Notes: generated by a model from the letters alone, not told the origin. Numbered from the stretch's first letter, positions 30,135-39,129 are shown. The stretch: 51,082 nt of DNA from Nanobdellota archaeon (GCA_038046345.1 JBBSWJ010000019.1:1-51082); one strand, 5' to 3'. Program-made: numbers and translations.

Positions 30135-31082
30135 ATGAAAATAGTTAATTGCCCAGTTTGTGACTCAAAAGAATACACGGAAATCTTTATAGTACATGAC
30201 CAAGATCCAAGAGATGTTGGACTTAAAGATTATTTCAGACTAGTAAAATGCAAAGGATGCAATATGCATTTACTTAATCCGCAACCAACAAAAGAAGAAT
30301 TAATACCATACTACGGGAGTACGTATTATGGTGAAGATGTATCATCATGGAATTTCTTAAAAAAAATCATTAAAAAAGAAAGGAACATAAAACCGCTCAA
30401 TGAAAAAAAAGGTAAACTATTAGATTATGGATGTGGTGATGGTTTGTTCTTAGAACTTGCAAAAGAAAAAGGATGGGAAGTAACAGGAGTAGAACAAAGC
30501 ATGGAAGGAGCAAAAAGAACAAGTAAAAGATTAGGAATAAATGTGCTAAACGAAGAAGAGTTTAGTAAAAGCGAGGAACAATATGATCTAATAACACTGT
30601 GGCATGTATTAGAGCATGTACATGAAATTGATGCTTTATTAAGCAAACTGAAAAGCTTGTTAAAACAAGATGGAAAATTGTTTATAGCAATACCAAATAT
30701 CAAATGCCTACAGTTTAAGTACTTCAAGAAAAAAACATTTCATCTGGATATACCAAGACACATATGGCATTTTTCGCCTAACACGATTAAACAATTATTA
30801 CAAAAACATGGGTATAAAGCAACCTCGATAAATCATTACTCCTTTGAGTATGGAGCATTTTCGTTTACACAGGGATTATATAACACTTTAACAACAGTGG
30901 AGCATAACTATTTTTATAATAAGATTAAAAGAAATTACGTGCAAAGTGTTAGCAACAATAAAAATAAAATTATAACATATTTATTGTTTCCAGTATTTGT
31001 ACCTGTTGGAATTATTGGTTCTTTTATTGAAAGCAGCTTAAAGAAAGGAGCAAGTATTCAGGTAACTGCACAAAAACAGTGA
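30135..31082 (+). CDS. Class I SAM-dependent methyltransferase with N-terminal Zn-binding motif
   Basis: CPVC...CKGC, LLDYGCGDG and WHVLEH. Confidence 0.88.
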   Translation: MKIVNCPVCDSKEYTEIFIVHDQDPRDVGLKDYFRLVKCKGCNMHLLNPQPTKEELIPYYGSTYYGEDVSSWNFLKKIIKKERNIKPLNEKKGKLLDYGCGDGLFLELAKEKGWEVTGVEQSMEGAKRTSKRLGINVLNEEEFSKSEEQYDLITLWHVLEHVHEIDALLSKLKSLLKQDGKLFIAIPNIKCLQFKYFKKKTFHLDIPRHIWHFSPNTIKQLLQKHGYKATSINHYSFEYGAFSFTQGLYNTLTTVEHNYFYNKIKRNYVQSVSNNKNKIITYLLFPVFVPVGIIGSFIESSLKKGASIQVTAQKQ

Positions 31083-31107
31083 GTTTTAAGTTAATTTTTT
31101 AGTTTTA

Positions 31108-31374
31108 TTGGTTTTGCTACTGACCTTGGTGATGCGGTATATAGCGCTTAAGATTAAGAGGGGATTAGGCCTTTTAAAAACTCACGATTGTTTTGGTCTT
31201 GCAAAGAGAATTAAAGCTACACGTAAGGTCTTAGAAGCTTCAGAAATTTTGAGTCCGTATTATGCAAGAACGAGGTATCCTGATGCTTTATTGATTAATA
31301 TAGATTTTAGTGACATACAACGAATTAAAAAGGCTGCTGGAGTAGTATTACAATGGACAAAAAAACATTGTTGA
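31108..31374 (+). pseudogene. HEPN-domain protein, N-terminally truncated
   Basis: KTHD...LSPYYARTRYPD...LQWTKK matches the C-terminal half of HEPN partners of MNT. The N-terminal helices and a convincing start are absent. Confidence 0.65.
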
Positions 31375-31664
31375 GTAAGATTAAGACCTCTTTAAACAAA
31401 AAACTTCATGTAAAAAAGATTTACTTATTTGGCTCTAGGGCAAGGGGTGATTTTTATGAAGAATCTGATTATGACCTTGCAGTTATTTCCCAAGATTTTG
31501 CAGAAATGTCATTTGACGAACGACAGAAGTTAGTCCGACCTTTAATTCGCAAAGTCCTAAAGGGTGCGGCATTGGATGTGGTCTGCTATACAGAACAAGA
31601 ATATCGCCAAGGTAAAAAAGCGTTTCTGCCAAGTATTATTGAGAAAGAAGGCATCGCTGTATAA
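31353..31664 (+). CDS. Minimal nucleotidyltransferase (MNT) of a HEPN-MNT module
   Basis: LFGSRARGD, SDYDLAVIS and LDVVCYTEQE. Overlaps the HEPN stop. Confidence 0.85.
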   Translation: MDKKTLLSKIKTSLNKKLHVKKIYLFGSRARGDFYEESDYDLAVISQDFAEMSFDERQKLVRPLIRKVLKGAALDVVCYTEQEYRQGKKAFLPSIIEKEGIAV

Positions 31665-31709
31665 TAAGGTGGTATTAGAACAATTCTGTTTTAGTATAGG
31701 TATTTTTAT

Positions 31710-32310
31710 AAATTTTCTGCGAGTAATCTGCACACTTTAGTGTGATCAGACGAATCGCAGCACTTTTGAAGCCTAAAAAACAAACAATACATGGCGAGCG
31801 AAGCTTGCGCCATGCAAAGTTTTTTACAGAAAAACTTAGCGTAAGCTATCTTCTCGCCAGGAGAATACACATGAAACAATATACATCCCATGCACATTCT
31901 GTTGGTGATAATTTCTGGCACATTGAATGGTGCCCGAAATATCGATACAACATGTTTAGGAAGTTCGAGTACAAAAACCTTGCGGAAGCGTGCGTCCGCA
32001 AGGCAGCAAGTGAACATGGTATCAAAATTCTAGAAATCCAGGTTATGCCAGATCACTTACATGCTGTGATCAGTATTTCTGATACGATGAGCATCAGTCG
32101 TGCAACTCAACTGTTGAAAGGGCGTAGTAGTTACTTGTTCTTTCGTAAACATGAAAAAGCACGGTTGCGTTATCCTCGAGGACACTTGTGGAGCGCAGGA
32201 ACGTTTCGGACTAGTGGGGGTTATAGTGATCTTACAACAACATTACGTTACGTGCAAGATCAAGAGCTTCATCATGGAAGCCCCAGCCTTTAGGCTGGGG
32301 AGGAGATCAC
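31710..32310 (+). mobile_element. IS200/IS605-family element, tnpA only (about 600 bp)
   Basis: Left imperfect hairpin 31717-31760 with TTTA loop. Right hairpin CCCCAGCC-TTTA-GGCTGGGG (32281-32300) followed by AGGAGATCAC. The left boundary after TTAT (31706-31709) is inferred. Confidence 0.8.
31871..32293 (+). CDS. tnpA: IS200/IS605 Y1 HUH transposase TnpA
   Basis: HIEWCPKYR, PDHLHAV (HUH), LKGRSS, HLWSAG and YVQDQ (catalytic Tyr). Start re-called to ATG 31871 after GGAGA. Confidence 0.92.
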   Translation: MKQYTSHAHSVGDNFWHIEWCPKYRYNMFRKFEYKNLAEACVRKAASEHGIKILEIQVMPDHLHAVISISDTMSISRATQLLKGRSSYLFFRKHEKARLRYPRGHLWSAGTFRTSGGYSDLTTTLRYVQDQELHHGSPSL

Positions 32311-32405
32311 GTTATTAAAAAAATTGATAATGTTGAGATTTTAGGCAAGAAACATGGTGTTAAGAAGATAGAAAATTATAAAAGACGAAGATAGCTAGTT
32401 ATAAC

Positions 32406-34274
32406 ATGAAAATAATTGTTGGGTATCCGCCTACTTTTTCTGAAAAAGGAACGTTATTGCTAAGCCAAAACAGACAGTTACAATGGTTTAATAATCCAAC
32501 ATTTTTGTATCCTGTAGCATTAGGAACAGGAGCAACATGGTTAAGGGATAAAGGGCATGTAGTCTTTTGGAAAGATTGCATAGCAGAAGGAATATCAACA
32601 CAAGAATTTTTAAAATTTTTAGATCAAGAAAAACCTGATTTATTTTTATTTGAAACAAAAAGTCCAGTAGTAAAGAAACATTGGGCAGTAATTAACGAAT
32701 TAAAACAGAGAGTGCCATGGTTAAAGATAGGAATATGCGGGGATCATGTAAGTTACAAGCCAAAAGAAACCATGGAAAATTCTAATGCAGACTACGTGTT
32801 TAATGGCGGGTATTATGATTTTGCAATGGTAGAGCTAGTTGAGTCATTAGAAAAAAAAGAGAAAATACCTGCAGGAATATGGTACAGAGAAAATGGTAAG
32901 ATAATTGATAATGGAAGATATAATTTTAAAAGAAGTTTAGATGAAGCACCTTATCCTGATAGAATTTTAACAAAAAATCACTTGTATCAAAAAGAGTTTA
33001 ATCTGAAAGGAAGACCATTAGCGTACATTATGAGCGGAAGGGATTGCTGGTGGGGAAAATGCACTTTTTGTTTTCATCCTGATACAGATATCTTCACAGA
33101 TAAGGGGATTATTTCTATAAAAGATATGAGGCATAATACAAAAGTATTAAGCCATACTGGTAAACTAAGAGAGAAAGAAGACTTCTTTGAGAATTATTAT
33201 TCCGGGGAGTTAATTGTTATACGAACAAACTTGATGAATAAACCCCTGAAGTGTACACCGCGTCATAGAATATTTGTCAATGGAGAAAAAGAGTTAATTG
33301 AAGCAAAAGATATACGAGCAGGGGATGAACTATCTCGAGGAATTGTAACAGAAGTTAGTAAAGAAGAATACATGGGGTTAGTTTATAATCTGCAAGTAGC
33401 AGAAGATAATTCGTATACCGCGAATAATGTAGCAGTAAGTAATTGTGTTTGGGATCATACACTGTACCCAAAAGGAACATTTAGAGCAAGAACACCTGAG
33501 AATGTGATGAAAGAAGTAAGATACTTAGTGGATGAATGCGGTGTGAAAGAAATATTTGATGATGCAGGAACAATAACAGTTGGGCCATGGTTAAAAAAAT
33601 TCTGCAACTTAATGATTGAATCAGGATACAATAAAAAAGTGATGTATTCATGTAATATGAGATTTGGAGCAGTGAACTTAGAAGAATATAAATTAATGAA
33701 AAAGGCAGGATTTAGATTATTAAAGTATGGACTAGAATCCGGTGTACAAAAAACAATAGATAAATTAGATAAAGGAACAAAAATAGAAGAGATAATTCCA
33801 TCATGCAGGGATGCAAAGAAAGCAGGATTAACCGTGCATTTAACAATGATGGTTGGATATCCATGGGAAACAAAAAAAGATGCGGTAGAAACATTAAAGT
33901 TAGCTAAAAAATTAATGCATAAAGGATACGCAGATGTATTACAATCAACAGTAGTGATGCCATATCCCGGAACACCATTATATGCAGAAGCGGTAAAAGA
34001 AGGATGGTTATTAATAGAGCCAACAGACTATGAACGGCTGGATATGACTGAACCAATATTGAAAACACCTCATGTATCCAGAGAAGAAATAATGAAAGTG
34101 TGCGACAGTATTTATACAGAGATATTTTTCCATCCTAAGTATGTATATCAACATCTTAAAAAAATAAAAAGTTGGGACGATATAAAATACACATTGAGGG
34201 GTGTTAAAGCAGTGTTAGGTCATGTTAAAGACTTTTCAAGACCGGTTGACACGCATGTTCCAATAAATTCATAG
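32406..34274 (+). CDS. B12-binding-domain radical SAM protein interrupted by an intein
   Basis: CGDHVS, SGRDCWWGKCTF-[intein]-CVWDH, YGLESG and PYPGTP. Confidence 0.9.
   Translation: MKIIVGYPPTFSEKGTLLLSQNRQLQWFNNPTFLYPVALGTGATWLRDKGHVVFWKDCIAEGISTQEFLKFLDQEKPDLFLFETKSPVVKKHWAVINELKQRVPWLKIGICGDHVSYKPKETMENSNADYVFNGGYYDFAMVELVESLEKKEKIPAGIWYRENGKIIDNGRYNFKRSLDEAPYPDRILTKNHLYQKEFNLKGRPLAYIMSGRDCWWGKCTFCFHPDTDIFTDKGIISIKDMRHNTKVLSHTGKLREKEDFFENYYSGELIVIRTNLMNKPLKCTPRHRIFVNGEKELIEAKDIRAGDELSRGIVTEVSKEEYMGLVYNLQVAEDNSYTANNVAVSNCVWDHTLYPKGTFRARTPENVMKEVRYLVDECGVKEIFDDAGTITVGPWLKKFCNLMIESGYNKKVMYSCNMRFGAVNLEEYKLMKKAGFRLLKYGLESGVQKTIDKLDKGTKIEEIIPSCRDAKKAGLTVHLTMMVGYPWETKKDAVETLKLAKKLMHKGYADVLQSTVVMPYPGTPLYAEAVKEGWLLIEPTDYERLDMTEPILKTPHVSREEIMKVCDSIYTEIFFHPKYVYQHLKKIKSWDDIKYTLRGVKAVLGHVKDFSRPVDTHVPINS
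33069..33443 (+). mobile_element. Mini-intein, 125 aa, no homing endonuclease
   Basis: Block A CFHPDTDI, block B CTPRHRIF (TxxH), block F VYNLQV, block G AVSN, and Cys as +1 extein residue. Confidence 0.93.
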
Positions 34275-34338
34275 GGTTAAATAAGACGTTTTTCGATGTT
34301 CAGATAAACTTAAATAGATTTGAATTATTATTTAGGTT

Positions 34339-35808
34339 ATGAAAAAGCGTAACTTGTTAATCCTTTTTCTTACAATGTTAGTTACGGCACAAACGTGTAA
34401 TACTGATCTTTCGCCAACTGGCAGTATTAATTTTAATCCGACCAACTGTATCGTTGATGTAGGTGATGAAAATGGGCAGTGTTCAACATCGATAACATGG
34501 GAAACAACAAGCGTTAAAGAGCCATTCGTTGAAGTTAAACTATCCAGCGGAGAAACTTTTGATTGCAGAGCTTCTAATCAAAAAGTAACAAGAGAAACTG
34601 GGGATTGGATAGGCACGGACGGCAAAACATTTGAGTTATATCCAGCTAGTAATTGCGGGGCTGCATCTCCTTTTACATTATTAGCTTCTGAAACAGTTTA
34701 TGCAAGAAAAGGACTTTCTTGTTCACTTGACGGTGAGGCAGTTCAAGTTGAAGAAAGTATCATAGGCATGGGAGCGAAAGAGCTTACTGAAAATTATCCT
34801 CTTGAAGAAATAATTAATTTACTTGCGGATGCAAATGTAAAAAGTGTTGTGATGCCATTGCACTGGTATAAAGTAGAACCAGATGCTCCAAGGCGGGAAG
34901 TTCATGGATATAACTGGGATTATGATGTTTTAACAAAGAATGCTGAAAAGTTTAAAGTAACTGTCACAATGGGGAGGCCACCAAAATGGGCTTCAACATG
35001 TTATCAAATGCCATATGTTCCATCTGATTGCGTAGACTCCTGTGATGGTATTCAAGAATATTGTGATCACTTAATAAAACCAAACAGGGCAAGATACATG
35101 CTGTATCCTCCTGATCTTGACAAATGGGCAGTATTTGTTGAAGAAGCAGCAAGACACTATGGCTCACAAGGAACTGGTCAGATAAAGGCATGGGAGATAT
35201 GGAATGAACCAAATGGTGAAGACTTTTTTGTAGGTACTCAAGATTATTATATTTCAATACTTAATAGAGCATATGCAGCAATAAAGTTAGGAGATCCTGA
35301 AGCTTATGTATATGGCGGGCAGTTAGCAGTACACCCATATAATGATAATGATGAAAGAAAAGATTTCTTTAGAAAAATAATTCGTGAAGGGAAATATGAT
35401 GGTATAGCTTTTCATGTTTACTATGATGACTTATCTAGTGGGAAGGAAGCTATAAAATGGGTAAGAGCGGAGTTAGATGATTTTGGCAGACAGGATGCAA
35501 GAATAAGCATTTCTGAAACTAATGCTCTAGTCGCAGTTGTAAACTGTGAAGATTACACTTCAATTGATCAAGCAAAATTACTTAGAGATACTTATGCTTG
35601 TTATGCCACCGGGGGTGCTGATGAAATATACTGGTTCACAGCAACTGACTTGCATGGTGATAACTGTGTTCTTGATTCAAATGGGGATCCTGTTAATGCT
35701 GTTGGTGTTTTAGAGACAGATGTAGGACCATATGACACGGTAATAAATCCAACTCCAAAAGAATCTTATTATTCTTTAAAAGAAATTGGTGATCATTTAA
35801 AACCATGA
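34339..35808 (+). CDS. Secreted/lipid-anchored clan GH-A glycoside hydrolase (GH39/GH5-like)
   Basis: Signal ending VTAQTC, HWYKVEP, WEIWNEPN (acid/base), FHVY and ISISETN (nucleophile). Confidence 0.75.
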   Translation: MKKRNLLILFLTMLVTAQTCNTDLSPTGSINFNPTNCIVDVGDENGQCSTSITWETTSVKEPFVEVKLSSGETFDCRASNQKVTRETGDWIGTDGKTFELYPASNCGAASPFTLLASETVYARKGLSCSLDGEAVQVEESIIGMGAKELTENYPLEEIINLLADANVKSVVMPLHWYKVEPDAPRREVHGYNWDYDVLTKNAEKFKVTVTMGRPPKWASTCYQMPYVPSDCVDSCDGIQEYCDHLIKPNRARYMLYPPDLDKWAVFVEEAARHYGSQGTGQIKAWEIWNEPNGEDFFVGTQDYYISILNRAYAAIKLGDPEAYVYGGQLAVHPYNDNDERKDFFRKIIREGKYDGIAFHVYYDDLSSGKEAIKWVRAELDDFGRQDARISISETNALVAVVNCEDYTSIDQAKLLRDTYACYATGGADEIYWFTATDLHGDNCVLDSNGDPVNAVGVLETDVGPYDTVINPTPKESYYSLKEIGDHLKP

Positions 35809-35843
35809 ATAAAGTTTAAATACTACGAGATATCTTTTGTCAT

Positions 35844-36263
35844 ATGCCTAACAAGAGTGATAAAAAAAAGGGTAGGTCTAAGATTATTGTAGAAAAGAGA
35901 ATATTTTCTGATTACAAGGCATTAACAATAATACTTACTGCTGTAGGATTATTAATCATTGGTGGTATTGTTGCAATTAGTAAAGATAGTGGTGTAACAA
36001 GCAGCATAGTAACTGAATTAGACGATGTATACTTCTGTGTTGATAGGGATCCAATAAATGATCCGGGACTAAGCGGTAATCTTGATGTTACAGACGATAA
36101 AAAAGAAGTGATAATATCATATCAAGATGAATGCGATGATGATATTTTGATACAGCATTCGTGTAGTGAAGAACGGGTTAAGGGCGTTAATAAACTGTTA
36201 GGGCTAGTTGTATTTGAAAAAACAAAATGTGATCGTGGCTGTGTAAACGGCGCTTGTAGTTAG
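35844..36263 (+). CDS. Single-TM membrane protein with small Cys-rich extracellular domain
   Basis: One TM helix, then C.D.DP...D.C...HSC...C..GC..GAC. Confidence 0.65.
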   Translation: MPNKSDKKKGRSKIIVEKRIFSDYKALTIILTAVGLLIIGGIVAISKDSGVTSSIVTELDDVYFCVDRDPINDPGLSGNLDVTDDKKEVIISYQDECDDDILIQHSCSEERVKGVNKLLGLVVFEKTKCDRGCVNGACS

Positions 36264-36348
36264 ATATTTTTGTTTGATAGCAGTGTTTTATTGTTCTAAG
36301 CTAAATGTATAGAAAACCATATAAACAAAATATTAACAGAATTGAATT

Positions 36349-37284
36349 ATGAGCATTAAGAAGATTATACCAGTATTTGGGATATTATTATTTATTTATT
36401 TATTGTATAAGCTAAACATAAAAGAATTACTTTTTTCAGTATTGGATCTATCTTTTTGGTTTTTATTATTAGCTATAGTATTAGTGTTATTACAAACATT
36501 ATTGCAAGTGTATAAATGGAATTTGATAATGAAAGAACAAGGATTTAATTTTTCTCTTAAAAATTTAATGAAGATGCAGCTAAAAAGCATATTCTATGGG
36601 GTTATAACCCCAGCAAAAATTGGATCTTTTGTAAAAATAAACTATATGAAACGGTTAAGTGAAAGAAATGTAGGCGAGTGTGCCAGTTCAGTAATAATTG
36701 ATCGGTTTTTAGATACTATAACAATATCTTTAATGGCTTTAATTGGATCATTTATCATAATCAATACCTCACAAAGTGTGTTATACTATGTATTAATCTT
36801 TGTTATATTACTAACGATCTCCCTCTCCTGTTTAATGAACAAGAAGATGACCCAGTTTTTATTGAAAATATTTTACAGGACATTAATACCAAACAAGATG
36901 AAGGAGCTTGTAAAAGACTCATTTAATGCTTTTTATGAAAATTTGCCTAAAACAAGAACATTAATACGCCCATTTTTGGTTAATGTAATAACATGGATTG
37001 TTACATATGCAGTAGCATTTGTTGTAGCATATGATCTTGGTATAACTTCAATACCATTCTTTACTTTTATAACCCTTTATTCAATAGCTACAATAACTGG
37101 TTTAATCCCAATAACTATAGCTGGGTTAGGTACAAGAGAAGCTGCGTTGATAGGTTTATTTGGATTGTATGGTGTAACTGCAGAAAGAATAGTTGCATTG
37201 TCATTAATAACATTTTTTATCTCGAACCTGCCGCCAGCGGTTCTAGGGGGGTTATATGCTGTCAAAGATACCAAAGTACACTAA
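36349..37284 (+). CDS. Lysylphosphatidylglycerol synthase TM-domain protein (YbhN/AglD2-like putative flippase)
   Basis: KW..IMK, TPAKIGSF, DRFLD, PITIAGLGTREAA and multiple TM helices. Confidence 0.82.
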   Translation: MSIKKIIPVFGILLFIYLLYKLNIKELLFSVLDLSFWFLLLAIVLVLLQTLLQVYKWNLIMKEQGFNFSLKNLMKMQLKSIFYGVITPAKIGSFVKINYMKRLSERNVGECASSVIIDRFLDTITISLMALIGSFIIINTSQSVLYYVLIFVILLTISLSCLMNKKMTQFLLKIFYRTLIPNKMKELVKDSFNAFYENLPKTRTLIRPFLVNVITWIVTYAVAFVVAYDLGITSIPFFTFITLYSIATITGLIPITIAGLGTREAALIGLFGLYGVTAERIVALSLITFFISNLPPAVLGGLYAVKDTKVH

Positions 37285-38578
37285 AATCGGCGGAAAAGCT
37301 GATGAATATATCCATGAACTGGTAAGTAAAATAGTAGATGAAATCAGAATAAGAATACCAAATGTTATATCAATAATCTTAATGGGCGGATTTGGAAGAG
37401 GGGAAGGAATTGTAGAAAAGAAAAATAATAGCTTTAGACCAATAAATGATTTTGATTTTTATATTATTACTAACAAAGTATTAGATGATGAATTTTTAGA
37501 AAAAACAGCAAGAGAAATAAGTCATAAGCTTGGATTTGGCGGAGTAGCGCATGCAGAAGGTTTTGAGAAAAAAAGGTATAATTTCAGAGACTATTTTCAT
37601 ATTGATATAAGATGTTTAGAAGAAAGAAAATTAAAAAATCTACCACCATTGATAAGATATTATGAAATGAAAAAATGTGGACTGGTTGTTTACGGGAAAA
37701 ACAGTTTAAAGAATTTTCCTGATATAACTACTAAAGATTTAACTCTGTCTGATGGATTAAGAGCATTTATGAATCGCATGATGCTAATGCTAATTTCGAT
37801 AAAACCAGAGTGGATTAAAAATAATTCTAAAATGAGCGAAGAAGAAGTTATGGTCTTACACTATTATCTAGCAAAAGGGTTGTTTACTTGTGTAGAAAAT
37901 CTGTTGTTAATCTCCGGAGATTTCGAGCCTACATATTGGGGAAGAGCAGAAAAGTTTCAGAAAATATATTCAAGAAAGTTTCCTGAAGTTGCTAAGAAGT
38001 ACCCTAAATTACCGCAGCTAGTTAATGAATATCTTGATTATAAAAAAACAATGAAGATACCCAAGAAAGACTCTATTGATGCGTGGTTTGAGGTGCAAGA
38101 TGTAATGAGGTATTTATTCAGAGTAAGTTTAAGTTTTTTAACAAAGAAAAGAGCACCAGAAAATATTTTAGAACAATACTATTTTATGAAAAAAGAGTTA
38201 GCGTATCCATATTTTAAGCCATATGCTAGTTTTATTTTAAAAAGATATTATATGGATAATGAGTTATTTAATTGGTTGTTATCAAGAGCAGCTATGAGTT
38301 ATTTAAGTTTGAAATATTCTTACAGAATGAATTATTTACATAAAACTTCAAAATTTAAATACGTTGGATTAAATGATCCTGGGATGAGGATATTAGCAAT
38401 AATGCCACTAATATTTTTTGGGATAAATAAAGATGGCAGCCATGATACTAGACTGACTAATTTAGCAATGAAAGAATTAAAAAAAGTATATTCTGTTAAA
38501 AAAGTAAGAACTTGGGAAGAAGCAAAAACACAATACCTAATAGCACAAAGGAGTTATTTTTTAATGAGATTTGTTTAA
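37256..38578 (+). CDS. Pol-beta-superfamily nucleotidyltransferase-domain protein (440 aa)
   Basis: SIILMGGFGRGEG...NDFDF, followed by a helical C-terminal region. Confidence 0.7.
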   Translation: MLSKIPKYTKIGGKADEYIHELVSKIVDEIRIRIPNVISIILMGGFGRGEGIVEKKNNSFRPINDFDFYIITNKVLDDEFLEKTAREISHKLGFGGVAHAEGFEKKRYNFRDYFHIDIRCLEERKLKNLPPLIRYYEMKKCGLVVYGKNSLKNFPDITTKDLTLSDGLRAFMNRMMLMLISIKPEWIKNNSKMSEEEVMVLHYYLAKGLFTCVENLLLISGDFEPTYWGRAEKFQKIYSRKFPEVAKKYPKLPQLVNEYLDYKKTMKIPKKDSIDAWFEVQDVMRYLFRVSLSFLTKKRAPENILEQYYFMKKELAYPYFKPYASFILKRYYMDNELFNWLLSRAAMSYLSLKYSYRMNYLHKTSKFKYVGLNDPGMRILAIMPLIFFGINKDGSHDTRLTNLAMKELKKVYSVKKVRTWEEAKTQYLIAQRSYFLMRFV

Positions 38579-38796
38579 ACATTACATTCTTGTGATACTT
38601 TAAACTCTTTCAATAACTCTGGGACACGTTCTCTAACGAATAGTATTTCAATACCAATGATAGATCCATCTTTAGCAAAATCTATTATGGTGTTTTTATC
38701 AATTTTTCTAGTGTGGTCTACTTCATTGTTTGTGAGCTTAATGTACATTGCGTCAGCTTCGCGATCATATCTTGTTTTCATCTGATAAGATAACAT
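38575..38796 (-). CDS. DUF2283-family protein (putative antitoxin)
   Basis: RYDREADAMYIKL...DFAKDGSIIGIEIL. Confidence 0.85.
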   Translation of the reverse strand: MLSYQMKTRYDREADAMYIKLTNNEVDHTRKIDKNTIIDFAKDGSIIGIEILFVRERVPELLKEFKVSQECNV

Positions 38797-38990
38797 GTTA
38801 TCACCTTTATATATTTTTTCTTGACATAAACCACTTCAACACTTATACCATTGAGTTTTTTGGTTACTTGATATTTATCTTTTTCTCTCATTATTTCTGA
38901 AGGATTTTTAATTGCTTCTTCGACCCATATGACTGGAATCTTTCTTTCTGTAATCTGTTCTATAGCATGTTTTGTGTATAAAATATCCAT
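38778..38990 (-). CDS. DUF4258-family protein (putative RelE-like toxin)
   Basis: YTKHAIEQITERKI...VITCY. Coupled upstream of DUF2283. Confidence 0.8.
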   Translation of the reverse strand: MDILYTKHAIEQITERKIPVIWVEEAIKNPSEIMREKDKYQVTKKLNGISVEVVYVKKKYIKVITCYLIR

Positions 38991-39129
38991 ATAATAAGAA
39001 TTAATGAAACCTTAAAATTAGTTATGTGAGCTTATTTGAAAGATCTTCAAAACATACTGGAAAGGAAAATTAATGTATATTTTATAGTATACTAATAAGT
39101 CTTAAAAATACGTTTTTGAGATCTTAAAC

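Noticed and set aside
31706-32017. Minus-strand 103-aa ORF in the IS, and the ORF-track N-terminal extension of tnpA from 31742
   Set aside because: The antisense ORF has no TnpB/IscB motifs. The extension runs through the end hairpins, and an SD supports ATG 31871.
32311-32394. Open stretch LLKKIDNVEILGKKHGVKKIENYKRRR* right after the IS, possibly a disrupted gene tail
   Set aside because: No matching 5' half is recognisable left of the element, and it is too short to support.
24346-34274. Assignment of the B12 radical SAMs to GDGT ring synthases or HpnJ
   Set aside because: Cannot be distinguished by eye, and no lipid or hopanoid pathway genes are adjacent. A phylogeny is needed.
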